This document shows, in pieces, positions 13,201 to 26,811 of a stretch of DNA of 64,000 bases (positions are counted from its first letter, which is position 1; each line of letters starts with the position of its first letter). A program made the translations under genes and the position numbers. The notes below the pieces were generated by a model. It was not told the origin of the DNA and searched no databases. It was given only the letters and a program-made list of their open reading frames with translations. Source of the stretch: Chrysomallon squamiferum (lineage: Eukaryota; Animalia; Mollusca); NCBI GenBank assembly GCA_012295275.1, contig CM022665.1:5022001-5086000 (forward strand). The letters are read 5' to 3'.

Positions 13201-16200
13201 CTTATATTATCTGTATATCTGATTTCTTTAGTAATTACATTTTGATTAATGAATTTTCAAGTAAATTCCAATCAACCAATTTTGAAGTCACTACAGATAA
13301 CAATATACTGAGGAGGAATACCCTAACAAATGCAAGACGAAAAAGTCTATGCTATAAAACAAAATACAAACAAATTATTTTAAATATTATATTTTTTTAA
13401 TCATCCTACCCAACACATTTTTTTTTTTCTTCTCTCTGTATAATCATAATAATACTGTATAATATACAGAAAAGAGCATGTGCTACTTAAAGTAACAGGA
13501 AAAATATACACAGTATATGCTATAAAACAAAATGCAAACATATCTAATAGTATTATGTCTCTGGTCAGTAATTCATACATATTATCATTACAAAGAATAT
13601 TATTTAGACTAACCATACTAATTGCTGTCAGTAAAAATGAACTTAAATCAAACAAGATAAATGTGACTTTGTGCAGGTCTTATTTTAATACTGATGCTTA
13701 CAATACTTCACTGAATAACTTACAAAATGATCAGGATTATACTTCAAGGCATTTTCAAAGTGAATGCTGGCCTCAGAGGGATTATTCATCTCCAAGCAAA
13801 CAACCCCAAGCTGTAAAACAAATGAACAGAACTTAACATCACCAGACATAGAAATAAATAAAAACCAAGACAAAAGTTTACCATCCAGCATGCATATCTC
13901 AAATGCTTATATATTTTAGGACATTTAGAAATGTGATATCATGTCTTATTTTCAATCCACAACTCACATTGTAATGAATATCTGCATTGTCTGGTTCTAT
14001 CTGTAGTCCCTTTTGGTACACATGTTTTGCTTCTTCCATTCTTAAAAAAAAAAATACAAAAATTATAATAATAATAATCAAATAAAAACAAAATTTCTGT
14101 TTAAATAATTTCTCTTTGTGTTTGTTTTAAAAGTATTTCAAGTATATATTAAGACAATCTCACATCATATTTTATTACTTATTTCTTTTTTTTTTTTCTT
14201 TCTTTTTTCCTACTAATTTATTTGTGTTTTGGTTAATTGGTAATAGCTATCTAACATCACTTATGTTTTTTATATAATAGTAATAATAATAATAAAAGAG
14301 AAAAAACGTGCATCCACAAGAGATCTTGACAAAAATAATGACTGAATGGTTCCACTAAAGAGGATTGAACCTGTGACTTTTCAAGTGTCACACAAGTGAC
14401 CTGAAGGCCTGCTCACAATAGCAGTACATGAAAAAAGCTGCATAATGTAAAAACAACTGCATAAAACTCACCTTCGAAGTTTAACGAGGATATCTCCTTT
14501 ATTGATATAGCCTTGAATATAATCCGATCTCATGCTAATGGCCGTCTGCAAAAGCTGTAATCATAAAAACATTGGAAATTAAATTCGTGGTATCTTTGAA
14601 AATTAATATTTCAAATCCTACAAGAACAGATCCAAGTAACTTCTAAAATGTTATTCAACATTCCTGATTTATGTTTATTTTCTTTCTCTCTTAAATTGTG
14701 GAAAAGATTTTATTATTTTTTGGTTTTTGTTATATCTGCTACTTACACGGTCAGCCTCTTCTAGTCTGTTTGGATCTTTTCCTATCAAACTGGCCAGATT
14801 CAAGTAGACATTAAGGTGGTTCGGAGCTATGCGAGTTTTGTAACTTTTACCTGAAATAATAATATATTATTTGTATTGGTATTATTGTATATTTTTTCCT
14901 GTACAAATTTCTTTATAAATTTTTTTAATATATTTATACATATTTATATATATATATATCAATTAAAAATTACTAATAGGATGGCATTTTCATCAAATGT
15001 AAAAAAAAAAAAAAATTGGTTGTTTTAAGTTAATAAACTGATTTTTAAGACATAAAACAATTTTAAATTGCTGAGAACAGAATGGGGGGGGGTTCTCTTT
15101 AAAACTAAGGCATACAGTAAAATATAATATTTATTTATACACCTACATAATACTGAATTCAATATTTTTTGCAATCACAAACATGGAACATTTCAAGATG
15201 TGTCATTTATATTTACAGTATTTCTGCTTTCTTGTTAAGCGTAAAAAAGCTGCAAAATATGAACATTAAATTAATTCCGTTTACCTGGAATCACCGGTGG
15301 GAATAAATCAAGAGCTTTTTTATAGGCTTTCACTGCTTCATCTGTCATGTTTAGTGTGCTGTAAGTTCTACCCACATTCTGGTGGGCACCAATATCATCT
15401 GGCTGGACACTGAACAGGAACAAATGAAATATGAATAAACACAACATATATATATATATATATCTTTACATGGGTGTATTAGTGCATGAGCAAGCATATA
15501 TTTTTTCCTATTTTTTTTGGATTCTGTGGAACACTTTCAGTCAATGATGTTTACCAATGTAATGAGTATTTATAAGGATACAATGTTTGTTCAGGAAAAG
15601 GAAAAATGTTTTGATTTAACTCATTCAGAATTAAGTTTCTGGGATAAAAAAACAATGCTTCTGAAGCGTAATTATGTTAATTAATAATTTCTTGCACTGC
15701 CCTATTACGGGATGGTGGAAAGTTTCATTTGCAGAATTGATTGGTTGATATTATTAAGCAGGAATTCCTGAGTTCAGAACGTTCTGTACTGAAACCACAG
15801 CAGCATTTTGGTTGTATGCACATTATTACAAACTGAAGTTTTCTGTGAGTTAACAACACACCCAACACATTTTTAACATACTGTTATATGGCATCATACA
15901 CAAGATTAATAACTAAAGAGATGGTGAGAGTAAAATTATCCTTAAAATTAACAACAAGGATTTTTAGTTTCTTTACACAGACAGGCAAGCACATATCAGG
16001 TATTTGATAAAGCAGTATCGGCTGTAGTTGTTTAGCTGTTTAAAGGATATCAGTATAAAGCTTACCCTATTTTAACAGAGTGTAAATAATATAACTGCTT
16101 GTATACCAACCTGGCAGCCTTTTTAAAATATTCCAGTGCTTCCTTGTAGCGATTTTCTTTTTCCAGTGCATGACCCACATTGTTGAAAAGCTTGGCATTT

Positions 16201-17621
16201 CTCTGGTTTACTTTCAGTGCTGATTGGAAAAGGGTATATTCAGACTTCCTGAAATAACAGCAGAGACTGAAATACAAATCTGTAGTAACGATGTTAAGAA
16301 TTGTAGTGTAAAAAAAAAAAACCCAATAAAAACAAAAACAAACAAAAAAACATTCATACATCCAAAAATAACAAGATTACCATGGTAAACAAAGAATAAA
16401 GAATAGAGAATTTTATTTTTTAAGAAGGAGAAAACAAGCAGATTAAATATTATTTTAATTAGAATGTGTACAGCATGGAGTGTTTAAAGTCATTACACAT
16501 CAACAACAGTAAGTGTGAAACTTTCCTATTTCTGAAATATATTCTTAATCTTTATTTTTGGCACCCTAACAATTCATCTTTTTTGATTACTGGATAGTAC
16601 AAGCCCTGCAAATGTAGTTTGTGAATTATGCAAGCCAACATAAAAATCTCAAGTTTTCTGATAAATTCTTACTGGAATGTTTTCCAAATTCACTTTTACT
16701 ATTTGACAGCTCTAACTGTTTTTATTTTGATGCTACAGGATCAAAAAAAAAAAGGTTGAAAATGTTTATAGAAATCTGGTGATGTCGAAATACCCACCAG
16801 TCTTCATTTCTAACAACTGTTTTTGTTGCATGAGTCAGCAGCAGAAGACCCATCAGTACATACAGAATAATCTTCATATCCCTAGAAAGAAAATAAACAT
16901 TCACATTGTAAACATTTCCATTTATCAAAATAATGTGGTAAAAATTTTAATTTGTATTGATTCTATAATCAAAATTTCATACAACTGAAGAATAACAACT
17001 ATTAAAAAAATATTAATGTTATTCATTAATCAAAATTTTCATTGAAAAAATAAGAGGAAAAAAGACATTAGGACGTATAAATACACAGTTCCATCTATTG
17101 TATTTTTCTGCTATAAAACTTACAGTAAATTTATTTCAATTAAAAATGTTATTGTATTATTATTATTTTTTTTTTTTTTTTTTTTAGATATTTATAAGGA
17201 AAAATTATAGATATACAAAGTCAGTACATACTTTTTATACTGCAAGAGAAGTTCGAAACCTAGAGCAATGAACATACAGAATCCCATGCTAGGTGTGTAA
17301 AGGATTCTCTCAGCAACTACAAATCCCACAGGGAAAAATAAATTTGAAGCTGGGATGAATGGTAGAACTATATATGACAGTGACTGAAAGGTAAAGACAA
17401 AATTGGTTTTATTTGAAGAAAAATAAATTGTTATAAAATAACACAATTTTATGACAGTGACTGAAAGAGTAAACAAAATTGTAATTTATAAAACAATAAA
17501 AAAAAAAAAAACATTTTTAAATAAATGAATAAATAAATGAATAAATAAATAAATAAATAAATGAATGAATGAATGAATGAATGAATGAATGAATAAATGA
17601 ATAATAAATAATAAATAATAA

Positions 17622-17669
<48 letters not shown>

Positions 17670-20600
17670 TTAAAGTATATGAAATCAACAATCGAAAATT
17701 TACTTACAATTATTACCACTCTCGTTCTCATATTCTGGCCACTTAAAGCAAAAACAACCAGTTTAAAGAAAACAGCATAAAACAAAATAGTGAAGATATT
17801 CCTGTAATCCAGAACAGATGAAATTACTGGGATGGTACCCATTGTCCAATCACAGCAAAGCCCTGAAGGATTAAGGAGAAGCCAGGCATTGACCGACAGC
17901 AAGTAATTATAGGTCAAATGTCTTGCTGGAAAATCAGAACTTGCAGCTGGATTATCAAATCTGTAAAATGAGATACATATTTTAATAATTATAAATGCAC
18001 TATTTAAAATTCTTAGTAAATATTTTACATTAAGAAGATAATATACCACACACTAACATATTCGTCTCTGTGTACACGTTTATGTGTATGGATGGTTGTA
18101 TGGGTTTGAGTGTGGGTGTGGGTGGTCATTATGTGCATGTATGCAACAAGGTCATCTCTGTGTGAATATATTGGTGGATTAAAAAAATATAATAACTTAC
18201 GTGGTAAAGTGAGGAAGCTGGGCACCCATAACTTTAATTCTAGCAAAGAGGAGAAACAGTGTACTGCCGACAAGAAAACCAGCTCGGACCACAGACGTTC
18301 TTAACCATGGCAGAGTGTGAGGCTTTCCTCTTAGAATTCCTTTTAGAAAATCCATTATCTCTTTAAATGTTGCCTGCAGAGGAGAGAAAATTAAAAACTG
18401 ATTTGTTATTTTACTCACAAATGCTTTTTTAATTCTTTTTTTTTTTTTTAACAATGCAGTTAGTTAAACCTGTAAAAATATTTAAGCTAATTATTGATAC
18501 ATGATAATGCTTTGTCCGTATGTATATGATGTATTATTAAGTAATATAATAATTCACATTTTTCTTACCCGCTGAGCAATAAAAACTTCATACACACAAC
18601 ACACTCCTATCACAGTGATTCCCTGCTCCTTGCACAGCATAGCAGCAGTTACCAAGCCAACGGTTACACAAAGGCTGATCCAGTCTGAAACAAATTCAAT
18701 AAATCTGCATTTACTGAGCATGTCACAGGAATAAAAATATATTTATGAAATATAATAAATCAAAATGAAGGAATTGTTGTGGCAGTATAGTTTCATACTG
18801 GAGAACAACCATCCTCTTACATAATTCTAGAAGAGCCATTTACTGCTGTCTTGTTATTTTTGAAATCTCAAATTCATTCCTTTTATTTGTTAATTTAGAC
18901 TGAATGATGGTAATAACAGTTGTCTGGGCTATTATGTAACAAAAATAAATAAATTTTAAAAATGTCAGAATCATTCAAGCATCTTCCAGAAATCAGGAAA
19001 ATCCAGAAAATTGGCTATTTTGAATTAGATGCACTTTGTTTTACTTTCTGTAATGACAGTTTGAGTGAAAATGTGATCATCTCACCATAAATTATTACTT
19101 CAGCTTACTGTCATTTTCATTTATTAACATGTCTAAAGGACTGGCAGAAACACAACTTGCTAGTGAAAATCACTTTTTATACTTGTATTTTTAGAATTTT
19201 AATAAAGATCAAAAAGACACTTTTTAGAAGCATATTAAGCAGAATTAAATCTTTATTTTTCATTCTTCATTTTATATTTTAATTAAAGAAGTAGCCTGTA
19301 TACAGAAATCCAATTGACCTCCAGTCTCATGTTCACTGGATAAATTTTTCGGTATGTGTATTTAATTTATTTCATAAACAGTACATTTGCAGTGCTCATA
19401 ATGTATTATTTCTTGATGTAACAGGTATTTATTTGCTCATGTTGATTTAAAAACAAATCTTAATTTTTTTACCAATTTTTGCTCTAAATCCTGTTGACTT
19501 TGAGTATGTCATAAATGCTGCAAGAAAGAAGATGGAAGACAACATTTCTGCTCTTCCTACCACTCCAGTAACCTGAAAATAATGATGATGATGATAATAT
19601 TAATATTATTAATAATAATAATAATAATAATCATAGTAATAATATTTTAAAAAAGAATTTTTTGAGTCAACAGTAACAATTCTGACTATTCCTATAATAA
19701 AGAAGAATATTAAGATGTTTATTGCTCCTGATCAAACAACGTTAAGTATAAATTTAACATAACAAACTGTTACTACAAAATGTATACAAGGTGAACATCT
19801 GAAACAGAAAAGTTACTGAAATAAATTAAAATTTGTCTTTTAATAATGTTATTTTTATCACATGCTAAGTTATGCTAATTATTAGTTTTGTAATAATATT
19901 ATTCAAAATTATTAAAAAAATAAGATTACAGGTTCTAGTATTGATTCAATCAAAATTACTGAATACAACACTTGTTTTGTTTTTTGTTGTTCTTATCAGT
20001 GCAGAATTATTATTATTATTTGAAAAATTAATCTAATAATGAACTGCAACACTTGAAATGTTTTGAAAAAAAATAACAAATAAACTCACTGCTTCAGTAT
20101 GGACAGGATGCACTGAGAACAAAAAGGCTGCCAGAAAACTTGTTGTGTCAGACATAAACATACAACACATCCTGAAATCAAATGATTTTAAGTTTAAATT
20201 TACAAACCATAAACATTTTAAAATTATGTCAAATTAGCTGATCTAAAATTCAATTAAAATGAAAAAAAAAAAAAAAAAAAAAAAAAAATGAAACAAAATA
20301 GTAAAAAAATAATAATAATAAAAATATTTTAATAAATAATAATAAAAATATTTAAAAAAATAAAAATGTGACAGTCTTCACAGAATCATGGTTACACTCA
20401 GTTTTAAAACACAAAATCAAGTTTTTCATTATATTTAAAATGATGAGAACATCTAAAAATATCTTCTTTATTTATTCCTAACATGTTTATATATGTTGTA
20501 AATGCAACATATCTGTGTGTGTATGTATATATATATTTTTTTATTTCTAATTTTAGATATTTGACCCATTCTCAAACAGTAAACTCTGAAGTGGAACTCG

Positions 20601-21809
20601 GTTATTAGAAAATAAGACATCATATAAATATAAAATTTTATGTTAAGGTCAACAGCTAAGTGTGTTATTTATGAAAAATGTATCAAAGATAGTTTGGATC
20701 TTTAAAATGATTTTGCCACCTTTAAATTGGTAGTCTGTGTTTTAGATGTTACTAATGATCTAAGACACGTTAGTTTTTGAGTCAAATAATTAAGTAATTA
20801 ATAGTTACATACATTTGGATTTAGGATGATTAATACATGATCCTATTATAGTCATTTTATTTTCTTACATGAATTTGACTATGAAATATTCCATTCACTT
20901 TTTATTTGTGAAACAATCCACAAAACCTTCATGAAAACAAAATACTCATATATCCAAGTTGTTTTCTTGTTTTTTTAATTTTGTTATTAGACTTAATATT
21001 TTAGACAAAAAAAAAAAATGTTGTATCAACAAATAAAAGTGAAAAAGGGAATTTTTGTCATTATCCCTTCAAAAACATAATGTTTAAAAAATAACAGTTC
21101 TAACATATATTGGAAAAAACACAAAGCATTCAGTCAAAAGAAAAAACATAAGTACAGGCAAAAAAACCTGAATATTAGAAAATTGCTGACAGTAGTCAAA
21201 ACGTGCAGCTATATTCTGATCTACATCAGGGAGAGCTGTTCTGTCTAACTCCTTCTTCTTTCTTTCATACATATTTCTTTCAGTGGGGCCTGGATGATGA
21301 CAAAGGGCTCTCATCTCACATCTTTCACCATTGGCCATCCTGTGTTCTGTCTGTCCTATGTCTGTATGTTCAACTTGCGATATAACAAAACAAAAACTGC
21401 CAACAGCTGGAGCACTGTCAGGATGGACAAGGTGTTAACTGTTCAGCTGTGAAGAAGGTGGTGATGGTGGCAGTGTCTCTTCACTCACTGTTGTTTTTGT
21501 GACATGGTAAGCACTATCAAAATGTAATTGGCTACCAGATGCTCAGCTCTCAGGTCTCTGCAGATTGCTGTCTTTTATCAAGTCATAATCACAAGGCTTT
21601 GCATCTTCTCAGCAATGGCCAATCTCTTTCACAATGGATGCTTTGAAGAAAGCAACAAAACAATTCTGCTGCAGCAATAATTTGCCAAAAGCCCATGAAT
21701 AATGCTTACTTTGTTGCAGCAAGCATTTCTGCTCCAAATATTTTTTTCAATGCCTTGTACAGTGTCATTTAAATAATCATCACTGAGAAATATAAACATG
21801 CCAAAATTT

Positions 21810-21856
<47 letters not shown>

Positions 21857-22872
21857 CTAATATATTTAACCTGTATTAAAACAGTTCAGTGCACTTGACA
21901 AACTGTTTTATTTTTCTTCTCATTAATTACTACGTCAAACATCATCTGACTGTATTTATGAGGTTAGATTCATGTCCTGTATTAATTTTTTTATTAAAAT
22001 GCAATCAGCAGTTCAGTGTACTTACTTCATGAACATAACACAGACCACAGAATGTAGTAACATGTTGACCAGGTGATATGACATTGGCTCCAGTTCACTG
22101 ATAGCGAAGTTTAATCGAAATGTCAGGACGCAAAGAGGTCGATAAGATTTGTGGCTTCTCTCCTGAACAAAATATTTACAAGTTAAAACATTCATTTCCT
22201 TCTGCATTTTTAAAATATAAATTTCTAAATATTAATTCATAATTTCAGATTCATTGTGTAGGAAACATAAACATAACACAAGCACAAATCAGAGATCAGA
22301 AAATATTTCAACAAGTTAAGATTAAGAAAGAGTTAAGTTTATGAATTCAAAAATTCTTTGTTACAAGTTACAATATTCATTTCCTTCTGTATTTTTAAAA
22401 GTTTTTTGTATTTTGAGATTTATGGAGCATAAAATATTTAAACATATTACTAGCACAAATAAGTGATTAGAAAATACTTTGGCAAGTTGAGATTAATTCA
22501 ATTTTGAATTTTTAAAAATAATAGCAATTTAAATAAAAATAATTTGTTTTAAATAATAATAAAAATGAAATAAAATTTAACACATTCATAAATATTCTGA
22601 AGTATTCTGAATTTTGTTTATTAAATATACTAGTCATATAAAAACATGCAACATGTAGTAGTAATGATAATAAATAAATAATAAACCTTTTCCATAGGTG
22701 TTCCCCAGAAATCATTCCAAAACAGTTTTGAAACTGGTTGGATAGGTCTCAAATCTTTGTTGTCAATAACTGCAGACACATCATCAAACACAAAACCACA
22801 CTCCAATGAGTTGTAGTAACAAATACTGACCACTAACACCAGTATTGTTGAGTACATACTGAACCAATCCAT
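10233..22872 (-). CDS. TMTC3: Protein O-mannosyl-transferase TMTC3 (transmembrane + DUF1736 + TPR repeats), about 855 aa
   Basis: 20 phase-consistent GT-AG coding exons, listed in transcription order: 22872-22687, 22162-22026, 20171-20090, 19572-19473, 18684-18569, 18373-18201, 17960-17708, 17383-17232, 16881-16798, 16248-16111, 15409-15285, 14850-14747, 14554-14472, 14040-13968, 13810-13724, 12996-12923, 12455-12335, 11602-11498, 10938-10855, 10523-10233 (2568 nt). Family motifs [95 protein letters not shown], followed by TPRs. Confidence 0.95.
13094..13144. repeat. 29-bp-period tandem duplication in a TMTC3 intron
   Basis: GTTATGATTGTGCTTTCAAATA occurs at 13094-13115 and 13123-13144. Confidence 0.85.
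15845..15985 (-). mobile_element. Decayed SINE fragment (3' part)
   Basis: TTAACAACACACCCAACACATTTTT...GTTATATGGCATC...ACAGACAGG looks like the reverse complement of the same family as 43100-43270. The family assignment is from memory. Confidence 0.4.
17520..17670. repeat. Compound (AAAT)n/(GAAT)n/(AAT)n microsatellite
   Basis: Directly visible. It generates the spurious poly-Leu tail of ORF 17486..18049. Confidence 0.95.
21168..21790 (-). pseudogene. Decayed coding remnant (probably transposon-derived) in TMTC3 intron 2
   Basis: Clearly less AT-rich than its flanks. One minus-strand frame reads ...[33 protein letters not shown]...[64 protein letters not shown]..., with scattered stops and no TMTC similarity. 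Confidence 0.45.
21812..21851. repeat. (TA)n microsatellite
   Basis: Directly visible. Confidence 0.95.
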
Positions 22873-23149
22873 GGTCAAAATTTTCAGTCATCACCCACCA
22901 ATATATACAAATCTACAATTAATTTAAAAAAAGTATTTGTTACCAAAATTTCTTCCGTACATTATAGTATTTATACTCAGCTTATTTATACTGTATACAG
23001 TGTACACTAGTAATAGTACTGAATAGAGTGACAGTGCATGTACATTATTCAGATAGTTTTTATGTATAATGCATCTATACATTACATTTGTTATTAGGTA
23101 ATTACTTTTAAAATTATAAACGAATTATTTATTGAATGTACTTTCAAAC

Positions 23150-23696
23150 TTTCAATTTAGCACCATTTCCCGGCAAACTTGATATTTAACCCTAAATATC
23201 CTATTAGCTACAGAGATCTGAATGAAAATTATTAATAATATTTATATATTCACTTTAATATTTATGCACAATGGGAACTTGTAGAAAATTATTACATTTA
23301 AAATTGTAACAGATTTCGTGTTTCAACACATTAATAGGGCGCTGCCATGATTTTTGTTATTATGGTAATTTCCTCCGTATTCCATTTATTTTCTCCCTAA
23401 TCACAAGTGAGGCAATTCATGTCCTTTTCTGTCAGTTCTAATAACTCTTTATGTATAAAATATGGATTAAATACTATACATTTTACAGTTTCCTTTAAAA
23501 GTTCCAATGTATATTCCATGATTAAAACATAAAATTGCAAACAATAAATTAATTAATAGTTGAGTAAACTATTAAAGATAATATTATATCAGTGAGACAC
23601 ATTATATTTTAATCTTTTCTTTAAAATATTAAATAAGATTACTCGTACAAATTACAAATATCGTTGTTCAAAACGACACACACACAGTGACACACG

Positions 23697-23753
<57 letters not shown>

Positions 23754-23880
23754 TCGTTTAGGTAGAGCGCGAAATGAAAAAGAAGAATTTTCAACAAAAA
23801 TAAATCGAAATGGAAGCCATCAAAGTACTAGTAGTTAATGATACATTATAATTAATTATTTCATGTTATGGTAAGTAAGC
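23150..23880. promoter_or_regulatory. Putative bidirectional promoter and non-coding first exons of TMTC3 (-) and TFIP11 (+)
   Basis: Lies between the divergent genes, with local CpG enrichment. A YY1-like AATCATGGCAGCGCCC is on the minus strand at about 23337-23352. A strong donor G|GTAAGT at 23870/23871 fits a TFIP11 5'UTR exon splicing to the acceptor at 26795. TSS positions are inferred. Confidence 0.5.
23676..23751. repeat. (CA)n microsatellite in the TMTC3/TFIP11 intergenic promoter region
   Basis: Directly visible. Confidence 0.95.
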
Positions 23881-26811
23881 ATATGATTTTTATTAATTTT
23901 TGCTAATATTTACGTATTAAAATAATGAAATATTTAAAGACAACCGAATGCTAGTGAAGTCATAATATAATTTAACTAAATCTTTTGTCACTTTAGACTA
24001 TTGCAACGAATGAGAACGATTAGAAGTCGTCGCATCTAGGTAGTAGGTGACTAGGTCTAACTCTAAGATCAAGTGAACAGTATTAATTATTATGACAAAA
24101 TAATAATAAAACAACTTGGTCAACACAGAGAAAGAAATCCAATTCTATATGAAAGTAATAATTAATGTAATTTATGTATCAAGTATACTGACTCGGTGAC
24201 TGGTGTATTGTAATTTTCAGTGGCTATTAAATAAATATTAAATAATAAATATACCATTAATTTTTTTTTTAATTGTTCTAATGTGTAACATCAGACAATA
24301 GATTTGAGTTTGGCTCATTTGTTAAACATATTATTGAATGAATGGTCTCTGGATAAAGTTGTGCAGATTAGATGCAGATTAACAAGATAATCATATTTGA
24401 TATTCAAAGAAAATCAAAATGGCAACAAAAATTATATGTCACTTACCTAAACAGAGATTTGCATTCACTTTTTATTATTAACATTGCATAAGGCAGCTTA
24501 ATAAATTCTTAATTTTTAGGAAAATACGATGGAACAATAATGATAATACATGTATGTATAATAATAATGTGATATAGATCATATACATTAATTTGAAATT
24601 CATATTCTATTAATCTGAATGAAGTTAAGGAACTCAGATTGTTGATAACAATGATAAACATTAAAATCTTAAGACTTTTAATAAAATTATGTATTCTTGT
24701 ATTCTCATTATAACTTTAGTTGTTCTAATAAGTTTATTCGGTTGATAGGCTGTGATTAATTGACACATTTAAAGAATTAATAAACTTTAAAGATCACACT
24801 GAATTCACAGTCATTCAATACATGTTAATAACTATTTATATAAGCAAAAAGTAGTTTCCATTAGTTTATCTTTCCTTCAACTTTTTAAAATTTTATTTCT
24901 TTGTGTGTGTGTATGTACATATATATATATGTAACATAATAGTTACTTACCTAGTCAGTTTCTATATAAAGTTATTTTAGTTAAAATATCATTAGGATAA
25001 TTTTTAGTTTTAGCCGCTGATTCCATTTTAGCTTAATATCAGAACAATACCTACATACATGTTGGGTTTTTGGGGGGGGTTTCACACACACACATTTTGA
25101 AAATTATTATAATGTAAAAACTTATATTTTGAAAAACACACATAACTGTTAATTAACTTACTCTAAATTTAATTATCTTTGTTATTGTTCATTCTTTAAT
25201 TTTGGTTCAGAGATAATAAAAATATATTTACAAAATAAAAATAAAAATGTTAAAGCTTACATTTGTTTAAATAACAAAAACATCACAAATAAAAAATTAA
25301 AACCTTTATTTTAATGAAATTTGAAATTAAATTTCATTCTTTCAATGAATACATTAATTTACAATTTAGGTTATTTATTTAATAAATATAATGAATAATT
25401 ACATACACTTGTATGTACCTAATCCATACTCATAAACTGATAAAGATAATTGCTAATTTATTATTTACTTTTTACCTTAACTTGTTCGTTTCACTGAAGA
25501 GTCAAACAAAATTTTCAGTAAGGAGCTATTGAAAATAGCTACAATAGTAAGTTACTAACTTAAATTCTAATTTTAGAAATACTTTATACAGGTGTGTAGT
25601 AGTAGCAAAACATACTTACATGCGATTTCAGTTAATAACAATTTCAGAATTTCATTTGTGTGGCCTGTGTTAAGCAGACAGAAGAAGGAATTCGTTTATT
25701 AAATCTGTTTCATTGTTGAACCACCTGACAGGCTAGATTGACAGGCTGTGCTCACAAACTCACCCACATTAACTTTGTTTTCAAGCATTCCTGAATACAT
25801 GAATTATGTCCTCCTTTGTTTCATGTATTGTCTGTAATAAATTATTGTTTTTTGTTTACATCAAATGTTTTCACAACTCAGAACCAGGTTATTTTCATCA
25901 TTTCTAAAACATTGAATATGTATGTATATTCATCTTTTTCAATGATCAGTTTATGTATTCTTTTATTCTTCAATATTTTCTTTCATCATTTTTTTTTTCT
26001 CTGAATTGTTTTATTTATTTATTTCAATTTTTATCATTTTTATTCTTCTGCCAAAACATAACCTTGTAAAAACTTTATATTTATATGTCCTTGTTTATTT
26101 ATATTTTGCAAAAAAAGTATACTCTTTTTATTAAAGAGCAGTATTACTTTTATTCAAATATGTTAGTTATGTATACAAATAGTTGACTCATGTTAACAAC
26201 TGACAGGTTTATCATGTATAATTTAAAATTAATTTAATTTTTTACAGGACATCTGATCCTTTCTGGAATATATTAAAAGAAATATATTTGTTTATTATTA
26301 TTAAATTATTTTATTATTATTTATTATTATTTTTTTAATATATAATTTTGATTTTGAATTTCTTAAAGACAAATATTAAAAGTTTGAAAAAAAATACTTT
26401 TTCACAACTATTATTTTATTTTATTATTTTTTTTTTCTTCTTCTACTTATACAAATTCATAAAATCTTGCATAAATCCACTAGTAAGAAAAAGCCTTGGC
26501 TGAGAATGAGTGCATAGTTATGATCAGCTATGATGAAGAATCAAATTTCTGGATACCTGTTTAAGGCTTCAGGTTATAAATATATTATTAAGTAAAATTA
26601 TAGTAATTTTAATATAAATTATTTGCAAGCATTATCACTTTATTTCTGAATACATACAGAAAGACTAAAATACATTATTATTTAAGATGTCAGTGCAGAT
26701 ATGTAATAAATTCTAAAGTTCTATTAAAATTGATTTAAAAGTTAAAAATAATAGTAAACATATTTTTTATTTTATTTTTCTCTCTCTTATTTCAGACATT
26801 TTGATCCAAAA

